A stretch of DNA of 64,000 nucleotides from Candidatus Eiseniibacteriota bacterium (lineage in GTDB: Bacteria; Eisenbacteria; RBG-16-71-46; DASYSL01). Below are positions 7,531-16,282 of the stretch, in pieces (the first letter of the stretch is position 1; each line of letters starts with the position of its first letter). The stretch lies in the NCBI GenBank assembly GCA_036003365.1, contig DASYSL010000086.1, forward strand, positions 1,258-65,257. The letters run 5' to 3'. A model generated the notes under the pieces. That model did no database searches. It was not told the DNA's origin and was given only the letters and a program-made list of their open reading frames with translations. A program made the position numbers and the translations under genes.

Positions 7531-10401
7531 CTAGCGGTTGTCGCTGCCCTTGCCCTTGCCGCGCGCCGCCGCCTGCGCCGCTGCGAGCCGCGCGATCGGC
7601 ACGCGGAACGGCGAGGCGGAGACGTAGTCGAGGCCGGCTTCGTGGCAGAACTCGACCGAGGCCGGGTCGCCGCCATGCTCGCCGCAGATGCCGACTTTGA
7701 GGCCGGGCCGCGCCGCGCGGCCTTCGTCCGTGCCCATGCGCACGAGGCGGCCGACGCCGCTGGCATCGAGCGAGACGAACGGATCGCCGGGCAGGATCTT
7801 GCGCTCGAGATATTCCGGTAGGAATTTGCCGGCGTCGTCGCGCGAATAGCCGAAGGTCATCTGCGTGAGGTCGTTGGTGCCGAACGAGAAGAACTCGGCC
7901 TCGCGCGCGATCTGGCCGGCGGTCAGCGCGGCACGCGGTACTTCGATCATGGTGCCGACCTTGTAGTCGACGCGGCGGTCGGCCTTCTGGAAGACCTGTT
8001 GAGCGACGCGGTCCACGATCAGGCGCTGCTCGTGGAACTCTTCGACCGTGCCCACGAGTGGAATCATGATCTCGGGATACACCTTCGCGCCGCGCTCCTC
8101 GGCCTGCACCGCGCCCTCGAGGATGGCTCGGGCCTGCATCTCGGTCACCTCGGGATAGGTGATCCCGAGCCGGCAACCGCGGTGGCCCAGCATGGGATTG
8201 AACTCGTGCAGCTCCTCGACGCGGGCGAGCAAAGCTTTCTTCTCGCGCAGCTTGCGCGTGACTGACGGCGGCACCTTGCGGCGCAGCGCGACCTCAGTCT
8301 CGAGGCGCGCGACGTCGGCGATCAGATCTTCGCGCTTGGGCAGGAACTCGTGGAGCGGCGGGTCGAGCGTGCGAATGGTGACCGGGAGCCCGTCCATGGC
8401 GAGGAACAGGTCGCGGAAGTCGCGCCGCTGGAAGGGCAGGAGCCGCGCGATCGCCCCGCGATATGCCTTCTCGGGCGCGCGGATGGCGCTCGCCAGGCCG
8501 GCAATCTCCTTGCGCAAAGCCCCTTGCGCCTTGGCCGTCGTCTCGCGGGCCAACTCGCCGCGCTTGGCGGCCAAGGCTTTCTCCTGCGCCTTGAACACGC
8601 TCGCCGAGAGGATCATCTGCACGACGTGCGGCAGGCGATCCTCGGCGAAGAACATGTGCTCGGTGCGGCAGAGCCCGATGCCCTGGGCCCCGAACTCGCG
8701 GGCCTTCTTGGCGTCGACCGGCTGGTCGGCGTTGGCCCGCACGCCCAGGCGGCGATGACGGTCGGCGATCTCCATGAAGCGGCCGAAGTCGCCGGTCAGC
8801 GCCGGCTCCTCGAGCTTGGCCACGCCCAAATAGACGATCCCGCGCGAGCCGTCGACCGAGATCTCATCGCCTTCGCGCACCGTCTTGCCGCCGGCCACGA
8901 GCTTCTTGCCGGCGACGTCGATGCGCAAATCGCTCGCGCCCACGACGCACACCCGCCCCATGCCGCGCGCCACGACGGCGGCGTGCGAGGTCATGCCGCC
9001 GGTGGCGGTCACGATGGCCTGCGCCGCGGTCATGCCGTGGATGTCGTCGGGCACCGTCTCGTTGCGCACGAGGATGACGCGATCGCCCTTCTCCCCGCGC
9101 TCGGCGGCATCGTCGGCGGTGAACACCACGGCTCCCACGGCCGCGCCCGGAGACGCCGGCAAGCCGCGCGCGATCTGGGGCAGCGCGACCTTCTCGCCCA
9201 TGTGCGGATGCAGCAGCTGATCCAAGGAGGCGGGATCGACCCGCAGGATCGCTTCCTCTTCTCCGATCAGCCCCTCTTCCACCATGTCGACCGCGATCTT
9301 CACTGCCGCGGCGGCGGTGCGCTTGCCGTTGCGGGTCTGGAGCAGGAAGAGCTTGCCTTCTTGAATCGTGAACTCGAAATCCTGGATGTCCTTGTAGTGC
9401 TTCTCGAGCATGCGCGTGACTTCGTGCAGCTCGCGATAGACGCGCGGCTGCGCCTTCTTCAGCGAGGCCAGCGGCAGCGGCGTGCGGATGCCCGCGACCA
9501 CGTCCTCGCCTTGCGCGTTCATGAGGAACTCGCCGTAGAACTCTTTCTGACCGGTCGCCGGATTGCGCGTGAAGCCCACACCCGTGCCCGAATCCTCGCT
9601 CAGGTTGCCAAACACCATCGCCTGCACGTTGACCGCGGTGCCGAGGTCGTCAGGGATGCGGTTCTGCTTGCGGTAGAAGACGGCGCGGTCGTTCATCCAC
9701 GAGCCGAACACCGCGTCACGCGCCCCATGGAGCTGGGTGATGGGATCCTGCGGGAAGTCGCGGCCGGAATGCTTGCGCACGATGGCCTTGAACTCGGTCA
9801 CGAGCGCCTGGAAGTCTTCCGCGGTCAGCTCGGTGTCCTGGGTGACGCGGCGCTTCTTCTTGCGCTCGGCGATGCGGTGCTCGAACTCTTCCTTCTCGAT
9901 GCCGAGCACGACGTTGCCGTACATCTGGATGAAGCGGCGGTAGCAATCCCAGGCGAAACGATCATTGCCGGTCTTGCGAGCGAGCCCGAGCACCGAGCGG
10001 TCGTTGAGGCCGAGATTCAAGATGGTGTCCATCATGCCCGGCATCGAGAACTTGGCGCCCGAGCGCACCGAGACGAGCAACGGATCGGCAGGATCGCCGA
10101 GCTTCTTCTCCATCACGCGCTCGAGCCGCGCCAGCGCCTCGCTCTCTTCGGTGTCGAATCCGTCCGGAAGGCGGTGCCCGTTGGCGTAGTAGTAGCGGCA
10201 GACGTCGGTGGTAATGGTGAAGCCAGCGGGCACGGGGACGCCGGCGTTGGTCATCTCGGCCAGCCCCGCGCCCTTTCCCCCCAAGAGATCCTTCATGTCG
10301 CCGCGGCCCTCGGCGCGGCCGTCGCCGAAGAAATAGACGTATTGCGTGCCGCGGGCGCGCGACTCGCGCGGGGTGGATTCGGACCGAATGGTGGTGGACA
10401 C
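7531..10401 (-). CDS. ppdK: Pyruvate, phosphate dikinase.
   Basis: 'YVYFFGDG...MKDLLGGKGAGLAEM', the PEP-utilising 'GGMTSHAAVVARGMG' and the C-terminal 'IGLCRTEHMF' TIM-barrel motif. GTG start with GGAGG 5 nt upstream at 10401. Confidence 0.9.
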   Translation of the reverse strand: MSTTIRSESTPRESRARGTQYVYFFGDGRAEGRGDMKDLLGGKGAGLAEMTNAGVPVPAGFTITTDVCRYYYANGHRLPDGFDTEESEALARLERVMEKKLGDPADPLLVSVRSGAKFSMPGMMDTILNLGLNDRSVLGLARKTGNDRFAWDCYRRFIQMYGNVVLGIEKEEFEHRIAERKKKRRVTQDTELTAEDFQALVTEFKAIVRKHSGRDFPQDPITQLHGARDAVFGSWMNDRAVFYRKQNRIPDDLGTAVNVQAMVFGNLSEDSGTGVGFTRNPATGQKEFYGEFLMNAQGEDVVAGIRTPLPLASLKKAQPRVYRELHEVTRMLEKHYKDIQDFEFTIQEGKLFLLQTRNGKRTAAAAVKIAVDMVEEGLIGEEEAILRVDPASLDQLLHPHMGEKVALPQIARGLPASPGAAVGAVVFTADDAAERGEKGDRVILVRNETVPDDIHGMTAAQAIVTATGGMTSHAAVVARGMGRVCVVGASDLRIDVAGKKLVAGGKTVREGDEISVDGSRGIVYLGVAKLEEPALTGDFGRFMEIADRHRRLGVRANADQPVDAKKAREFGAQGIGLCRTEHMFFAEDRLPHVVQMILSASVFKAQEKALAAKRGELARETTAKAQGALRKEIAGLASAIRAPEKAYRGAIARLLPFQRRDFRDLFLAMDGLPVTIRTLDPPLHEFLPKREDLIADVARLETEVALRRKVPPSVTRKLREKKALLARVEELHEFNPMLGHRGCRLGITYPEVTEMQARAILEGAVQAEERGAKVYPEIMIPLVGTVEEFHEQRLIVDRVAQQVFQKADRRVDYKVGTMIEVPRAALTAGQIAREAEFFSFGTNDLTQMTFGYSRDDAGKFLPEYLERKILPGDPFVSLDASGVGRLVRMGTDEGRAARPGLKVGICGEHGGDPASVEFCHEAGLDYVSASPFRVPIARLAAAQAAARGKGKGSDNR

Positions 10402-10629
10402 GGAGCCTCCGGATTGCCAAGCGTGCGAGTCGGTTAGGGCGGGTTGCCGCAGCCGTTTCCAGCAGTCGCGCGCATCGTACATCCGGGATCCCCGAGTCTC
10501 AACCCAGCGCGCTGCGGGGGCGACGGCGCTCGCGCGGCCGAGATCCGGCGAGATACGGCCGAGATCCGGGCGAAATCCCGCCGAAGTTCCGAGCCTTGCA
10601 TGGCGTCGCACCCGGTCGCATCATGGGGT

Positions 10630-10690
10630 CGCCCGTTCGTACCGTTCATACCGTTCGTACCGTTCGTACCGTCTTCGTCCCGTTACGGCC
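10630..10690. repeat. Tandem 9-bp repeat (ccgttcgta) of about 5 copies in the divergent ppdK/pepN intergenic region.
   Basis: 'cgttcgtaccgttcataccgttcgtaccgttcgtaccgtc'. It translates as SYRSYRSYR in the spurious upstream extension of the pepN track ORF. Confidence 0.6.
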
Positions 10691-10729
10691 CGTTCGTCCT
10701 CGATCGACAGCCCTCGACATGGAGGCACG

Positions 10730-13396
10730 ATGCTTGCCCACCGGGCGTTCGCGCGATTCGCGCTTCTCGCATTCGCTGCTTTCGCCGCGCTCGCTGCTCT
10801 CGCCACCCTCCCCCGCCCCGCCGTCGCCATCGAGCGCCTCGGCCAAAACGTCATGCCCTCCCAGGAAACGCTGCACCTCAACCTGGATCCGCGGCAGGAC
10901 CGCTACTCGGGCGTCGCGACCATGACCGTCGAGGTGAAAGCGGCCACCGACACCATCCGCTTCACCGCCAAGCAAATGACGCTCGAAAAAGTGACGCTCG
11001 CTCCCTCGAAAAAGGGCAAGCCCAACGGCACGGCGATGACTCTGGCCGCGACCGCCGACGACGAGGGCATCGTGCGCGCGGTGGCGCCGGCGCACGTCTA
11101 CCCGGGCGAGTACACGCTCACCGTCGCCTTCTCGAACGACTACGACCGGCGGGCCAACGCGCTCTACAAGGTGATCGTCGACGGCGAGTCGTATCTGTTC
11201 ACCGATTTCGAGCCGGCCGACGCGCGGCAGGCCTGGCCATGCTTCGACGAGCCGTCGTTCAAGATTCCCTGGCGCGTGAGCCTCACGGTGCCGGCGGGCG
11301 ACAAGGTCGTGGGCAACATGCCGATCGCCAAGCAGAAGAAGGGCGCAAGCGGCGACACCAACGACATCGCCTTCCAAACCACGCCGCCGCTGCCGTCGTA
11401 TTTGATCGCCGTCGCCGCCGGACCGCTCGAGTTCGTTCCGGTCACCGGCATGAAGATGCCGGGCAACATCGTCACCGTGAAAGGCCGCGCCGGGTTCGCC
11501 GCCGAGGCGGCGCGCCAGATGCCCAAGATCGTGAACATGCTCGAGAGCTACTTCGGGCAGCCGTTTCCCTTCCCCAAGTGCGACCTGCTCGCGGTGCCCG
11601 AGTTCTACGCCGGCGCCATGGAGAACGCGGGCGCGGTCACCTTCCGTGAGGAGATCCTGCTCTACGATCCCAAGACCGGCACGCCGCGCCAGCAGGCGCG
11701 CATGGCGAGCACGATCGCGCACGAGCTGTCGCACATGTGGTTCGGCGACCTCGTGACCCTGGCGTGGTGGGACGACGTGTGGCTCAACGAATCGTTCGCC
11801 TCGTGGCTCGGCGACAAGATCACGTTCGCGTGCTTTCCGGAATTCGCCAACGACTTGAAGCAGGTGCACGACGTGCAGCGCGCGATGACCATCGACGCGC
11901 GGCCCTCGACGCGCGTGATCAAATCGCTGGGCACGGGCAACGATCAGTCGCTCGACCGCCTGTTCGACCGTCTCGCCTACGACAAGGGCCAGGCGGTTTT
12001 GCAGATGTTCGAGGCCTGGATCGGGCCCAACGTGTTCCGTCAGGGCGTGCATCTCTACATCGCCCAGCACGCTTGGGGGAACGCCACGTCCGACGACCTG
12101 TGGAACGCGCTCTCGCGGGCGGCCGGCCACGACATCGGCAAGTCGCTCTCGGGCTTCATCACGCAGCCCGGCATTCCGCTGGTCGCGGCCGAGATCCAGC
12201 CCAATGGCCAGGTGAAGCTCACGCAATCGCGCTTCCACAATGACGGCGCCACCGTCACACCTTCGCACTGGCAGATCCCGGTCATGCTCAAGTACGCGGC
12301 CTCGGGCCGCGTGCACACCAAGTGGGTTCTGCTCACCGAGGACTCGCAGACCTTCACCCTGCCCGACGCGGCGAAGCCGGAGTGGATCGACCCCAACGGC
12401 AACGAGAGCGGCTATTACCGGTGGAGCGTGCCGGGGGCGGCGCTCGTCGACCTGGCGTCGCACGCGCCGCAGAACTTGAACGCGCGCGAGCGCGTCGGCT
12501 TCCCGGCCAACGCCGGCGCGCTGCTCGACGCCGGGCTCCTGCGCGGCGACGAGTACCTGCGCATCGTGGCGCAATTCTCGAGCGACACCGAGCCCGAGGT
12601 CACGCAGTCGCAGATCGAAGCGCTCACCAAGGTGCGCGACACGTTCGTGGAGAAAGACGACCGTGCCGCGTTCGCCGGCTACGTGCGCCAGGTGCTCGAG
12701 CCCGTGCTGGCGCGCATCGGCATGACGCCCAAGGCCGGCGAGCCCGACGGCGTGACCTCGATCCGGCCCACCGTGCTGCAGTGGCTCGGAGATGACGGCG
12801 CCGATACCGCGGTGCAGGCCTTTGCCGACTCACTGGGCCGCGTGTACCGCTCCAATCCCGAACGTGTGACTGGTTCGCTGGCCGATGTCGCCGTGCGCCT
12901 GCCCGCCACACGCGGGGACGCCGCTTTGTACGCGGCCTATCGCACGCATCTCGAGCAGGCGCGGCTCCCGGTCGACCGCGCGCGCTGGCTCACCGGCCTC
13001 GGCTCGTTCGCTCAGCCGGCTTTGGTCGACTCGGCGCTCGAGTACGCGCTGCATGGGCCGCTGCGCCCGCAGGAGCGCGGCAACCTCACACGCGCGCTCC
13101 TCGAGCACAAGGACAACCAGGCCAAGCTGTTCGCGTGGATGATGGCAAACCGCGACGAGATCATCGCGCAGACGACGCCATCGGCGGCGTCGTTCCTGCC
13201 CATCTATGCGGGAGGCTGCTCGACCGAGCGTCTCGAGAAGGCGAAGGCCTTCTTCGCCGAGCCCGCGCACCAGGCGCCGGGCGTCAACATGTCGCTGGCT
13301 CAAGTATCGGACGCGGTCACCGACTGCTCGGCGCTCAACGAGCGCGAGGGCGCGCCGGTGCGCGCGTTTCTGCACCAGGTGGCAACGGCGAAGTAG
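10730..13396 (+). CDS. pepN: Aminopeptidase N (M1 family) with signal peptide.
   Basis: 'GAMENAG' exopeptidase motif and 'HELSHMWFGDLVTLAWWDDVWLNESFASW' (HExxH...E zinc site). ATG at 10730 with GGAGG 5 nt upstream. Confidence 0.9.
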   Translation: MLAHRAFARFALLAFAAFAALAALATLPRPAVAIERLGQNVMPSQETLHLNLDPRQDRYSGVATMTVEVKAATDTIRFTAKQMTLEKVTLAPSKKGKPNGTAMTLAATADDEGIVRAVAPAHVYPGEYTLTVAFSNDYDRRANALYKVIVDGESYLFTDFEPADARQAWPCFDEPSFKIPWRVSLTVPAGDKVVGNMPIAKQKKGASGDTNDIAFQTTPPLPSYLIAVAAGPLEFVPVTGMKMPGNIVTVKGRAGFAAEAARQMPKIVNMLESYFGQPFPFPKCDLLAVPEFYAGAMENAGAVTFREEILLYDPKTGTPRQQARMASTIAHELSHMWFGDLVTLAWWDDVWLNESFASWLGDKITFACFPEFANDLKQVHDVQRAMTIDARPSTRVIKSLGTGNDQSLDRLFDRLAYDKGQAVLQMFEAWIGPNVFRQGVHLYIAQHAWGNATSDDLWNALSRAAGHDIGKSLSGFITQPGIPLVAAEIQPNGQVKLTQSRFHNDGATVTPSHWQIPVMLKYAASGRVHTKWVLLTEDSQTFTLPDAAKPEWIDPNGNESGYYRWSVPGAALVDLASHAPQNLNARERVGFPANAGALLDAGLLRGDEYLRIVAQFSSDTEPEVTQSQIEALTKVRDTFVEKDDRAAFAGYVRQVLEPVLARIGMTPKAGEPDGVTSIRPTVLQWLGDDGADTAVQAFADSLGRVYRSNPERVTGSLADVAVRLPATRGDAALYAAYRTHLEQARLPVDRARWLTGLGSFAQPALVDSALEYALHGPLRPQERGNLTRALLEHKDNQAKLFAWMMANRDEIIAQTTPSAASFLPIYAGGCSTERLEKAKAFFAEPAHQAPGVNMSLAQVSDAVTDCSALNEREGAPVRAFLHQVATAK

Positions 13397-13472
13397 TCGC
13401 CGGGCGCGAAGACCCGGTGGCCACGCCCGCTTCCGCGAGAGTGGTCACCGGCGCAGTCCTCGGCGAAGGCGC

Positions 13473-14237
13473 CTACGGCGCGAGTGCCGTGAACAACACG
13501 CTCCCCGTCATCACCACACTCACGACCTCGGTACGGGTGAGCAACCGCGGCTCGAGGAGCTTGGCCAGTCTCTCGGCGTCGGTGCGCTCGATCAAAAGGC
13601 GCACATCGAGGTCGTACTGGCCGCTCGCGCTCATGCTCGGCGGCAGGATGAAGATCGACGGCTCGCGGGCGCCGGCGCAGCTCTGGTAGCGCCAGGTGAT
13701 CGAGGTCAGAGAGTCGCCGGCGGCGGTTTCCTGCACGGCACTCTTCCACTTGAGCAGAGCCGTCGCAGCCGCCTGCTTGCTTCCGTAACTCCCCAAGCGA
13801 ACCGTGTAGAGCCGCGCCACAGACGACTTGTCGGCGTAGCGGAAACGCGCTAGCGCCGAGTCCGGCTTGGGCACGGCCGCGCCCGATCGACGCAACGGTC
13901 CCCTCGGCGTGCGCACGAGCGCGATGGGCGCGCCACTCAGCGAGGCCCGTAGGTCCGGATTGTTCTGCACCAGGTGCCACGCCTGCGAGGCGACGGCGAC
14001 GCCGTGCGCCATGCGCTGCAGGAGCTGCTGCTTCTGCAAGGTCGTCAGGGTCCTCTCGAGATCGCTCGCGGCTTCGCTGGGACAGGTGTCCTGCCACGCC
14101 AGCGTGAACCACGGGCTCGACGCCGCGATGTCACATTCGCACGCTGCCGAAGCCGGAACCGAAGCGGGACCGGCCGCGGTCCATGCCGCCACCGATCCCG
14201 CGAAGAGGAGGGCGAGGACGCGCCTCACGAGCTTCAC
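13473..14237 (-). CDS. Secreted hypothetical protein with a possible SPOR-like C-terminal region. GTG start overlaps the TGA of the upstream MetE-like gene.
   Basis: Signal peptide 'VKLVRRVLALLFAGSVAAWTAAGPA'. 'YTVRLGSYGSKQAAATALLKW' resembles a SPOR repeat. GTG at 14235-14237 overlaps the stop at 14234-14236. Confidence 0.4.
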   Translation of the reverse strand: MKLVRRVLALLFAGSVAAWTAAGPASVPASAACECDIAASSPWFTLAWQDTCPSEAASDLERTLTTLQKQQLLQRMAHGVAVASQAWHLVQNNPDLRASLSGAPIALVRTPRGPLRRSGAAVPKPDSALARFRYADKSSVARLYTVRLGSYGSKQAAATALLKWKSAVQETAAGDSLTSITWRYQSCAGAREPSIFILPPSMSASGQYDLDVRLLIERTDAERLAKLLEPRLLTRTEVVSVVMTGSVLFTALAP

Positions 14238-15217
14238 CGCGCCGCGGCGCTCAGCTTCTCCCGCGCCTGCTTCGCCGCCTGCACCATGTTGGCGCATTTC
14301 GCGCGGGACTCGTCCCAGGTGCGCGTCTTGAGCCCGCAGTCGGGCACCACGCGGATGCGCTCGGGCGGCAGATACTGGAGCGTCTTCTCGATGCCGGCGC
14401 GCATCTCGTCGACCGACTCGAGGCGGTGCGTGTGCACGTCGAACACGCCGAGGCCGAGCGTCTTGGTGAACGGATGCTTCTTGAAGTGATCGACCAGCGC
14501 GAAGCCCGTGTTGGCCATCGCCAGATCGTACTCGTCCACCGCCAGGTCGAGCATGCGCGGATAGATCTGCTCGAAAGTGCCGTAACAGATGTGCGTCAGC
14601 GTCGTGGCCTTGATGCCGCTGGTCACGATGGCCATGGCGTCGATCGCCGTGTCCAGCTCGTCGACCCGTACCGACAGCGCCGGCTCGTCGATCTGGATGT
14701 ACTTGGCGCCCGCGTCGGCCAGCTCGCGCACCTCTTCGTGCAGCGCCCGCGCCAAGTCCAGGCACGCTTCGCGTCGCGAGGCGTAGTGCTCGTCGAACGA
14801 CCAATCCATCATCGTGTACGGTCCGGTGATGATCGCCTTCATGGGCTTCGACGTCAGAGATTGCGCCCACTTCCACCACTCCACCGTGATCGGCCCGCGG
14901 AAGCGCACCGGGCCGGTCAGGATCGGCTTGCGGTAGTAGCGATTCCCGTACGAGCGCACCAAGCCGGAGATGGCGAAGCCGTCCGTGTTCTCGGCGAAGT
15001 AGGTGGCCATGTCGCCGCGGTACATCTCGCCGTCGACCAGGATGTCCATGCCCAGCTCTTCCTGCATGGCGATGGTCTCGCGCGTGGCGCGCTCCTCGAC
15101 CGCCTTGAGCTCGGGCTCGCCGATCTTGCCCTGCTGGAACGCGGTGCGCGCCTTGGTCAGGTACTCGGGCTTGGGAAACGACCCGATCGAGCTGGTCAGC
15201 AATGCGTCGTTCGACAT
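14234..15217 (-). CDS. Cobalamin-independent methionine synthase (MetE) C-terminal catalytic-domain homolog, 327 aa.
   Basis: Zn-ligand motifs are present: 'THICYG' (His-x-Cys), a conserved Glu, and 'PDCGLK' (Cys). 'IQIDEPAL' substrate-binding motif. ATG at 15217. Confidence 0.8.
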   Translation of the reverse strand: MSNDALLTSSIGSFPKPEYLTKARTAFQQGKIGEPELKAVEERATRETIAMQEELGMDILVDGEMYRGDMATYFAENTDGFAISGLVRSYGNRYYRKPILTGPVRFRGPITVEWWKWAQSLTSKPMKAIITGPYTMMDWSFDEHYASRREACLDLARALHEEVRELADAGAKYIQIDEPALSVRVDELDTAIDAMAIVTSGIKATTLTHICYGTFEQIYPRMLDLAVDEYDLAMANTGFALVDHFKKHPFTKTLGLGVFDVHTHRLESVDEMRAGIEKTLQYLPPERIRVVPDCGLKTRTWDESRAKCANMVQAAKQAREKLSAAAR

Positions 15218-15243
15218 GTTCTCTCGCCTTTCGATGAATGCCC

Positions 15244-16227
15244 TTAGCTTCTCGCTCCCGCTCCCAAGGTGTGCGCCGCCTCGCTCAGGCGCGCGAGCTT
15301 CTGCTGCGCGCGGTCGCGGGGCAAGAATTCCAGGCCGGCCGACGTGGTCGCGACCACGCGCTCGGCGCCCTGGCGATCGGCCACGCGCGCCAGCGCTTCG
15401 CGCACCTGGTCGGCGCTCTCGAGGCGCGTGTTGCGCGCGTTCACGATGCCGACGCCGAGCTTCACCGTGCCCGCGGCAGCGCGCGTCGCCAGACGCTCGA
15501 CCAGCGCCGGATCGCTCACCCCGTCGAGCCACAGGCCCGCGACCGCCCACTCCAGAGCGCGATCCAGCAGCTTGACCGGCGAGCCCATGGTCAGCGCCAC
15601 CCAGATCTCGGCGCGCGTTCCGGCCAGCGTGCGCGCCAGGAGCCGCTTGGCCAGGGGCTCGTCCGAAGGATCCTGGACCAGCGCCGGCTCGTCGATCTGG
15701 ATCGCCTTGGCGCCCGCCTCCTCCAGGGCGCGGACCTCCTCGTGCAGGGCCGCGGCCACGTCGGCGGCGAAGCTCTCGAAGTCGCCGTAGTGCGCGTTCT
15801 CCGACAGGCGCGCCAGCGTGTACGGCCCAGTCACCACCGGCCGCACCGGTTTCGACGCCCGCGCCTGCGCGAACTTCCAGTCGTCGACCGCGATCGGCGC
15901 CTTCCAGCGGATCGGCCCCGTGGCCACGGGCTGGCGGTAATACGTGTTGGTGTCGAAATAGCGGATGAGCTGGCCGCGCTTGAAGCCCTCGAGCCGGTCG
16001 GCGAAGTAGGTCTGGCCGTCCTCCCAGCGCACGAGCCCGTCGGTGATCCAGTCGAGGCCGGCCGCTTCCTGCTCGGCGATGGCCTCGCCCGTCACCTCGT
16101 TCTCGACCTCGCGCAACGCTTCGCGCGTCATGCCGCCGGCCTGGAATTTCTGGATGGAGCGGCGCAGCTTCTGCGCTTCCGCTCCTTCCCCGATGCGCGG
16201 GTAAGAACCCAGCGCCGATGCGATCAT
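15244..16227 (-). CDS. MetE N-terminal-domain-like paralog, 327 aa, lacking the Zn ligands.
   Basis: Clearly paralogous to the downstream gene ('TGPYT', 'ALHEEVRALEEAGAKAIQIDEPAL'). The His-x-Cys and Cys ligands are replaced ('VALTMGS', 'TSAGLEFL'). ATG at 16227 with GGGAGG 6 nt upstream. Confidence 0.75.
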   Translation of the reverse strand: MIASALGSYPRIGEGAEAQKLRRSIQKFQAGGMTREALREVENEVTGEAIAEQEAAGLDWITDGLVRWEDGQTYFADRLEGFKRGQLIRYFDTNTYYRQPVATGPIRWKAPIAVDDWKFAQARASKPVRPVVTGPYTLARLSENAHYGDFESFAADVAAALHEEVRALEEAGAKAIQIDEPALVQDPSDEPLAKRLLARTLAGTRAEIWVALTMGSPVKLLDRALEWAVAGLWLDGVSDPALVERLATRAAAGTVKLGVGIVNARNTRLESADQVREALARVADRQGAERVVATTSAGLEFLPRDRAQQKLARLSEAAHTLGAGARS

Positions 16228-16282
16228 GCGGACCTCCCGATCGCCGCGAGGGACACGCCCGCCGCGGCACACGAATGAACGA

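Noticed and set aside
7470-10690. Possible CRISPR array from the short tandem repeats at 7480-7530 and 10630-10690
   Set aside because: The repeat units are 9-10 bp and directly abutting with no spacers. They are not CRISPR.
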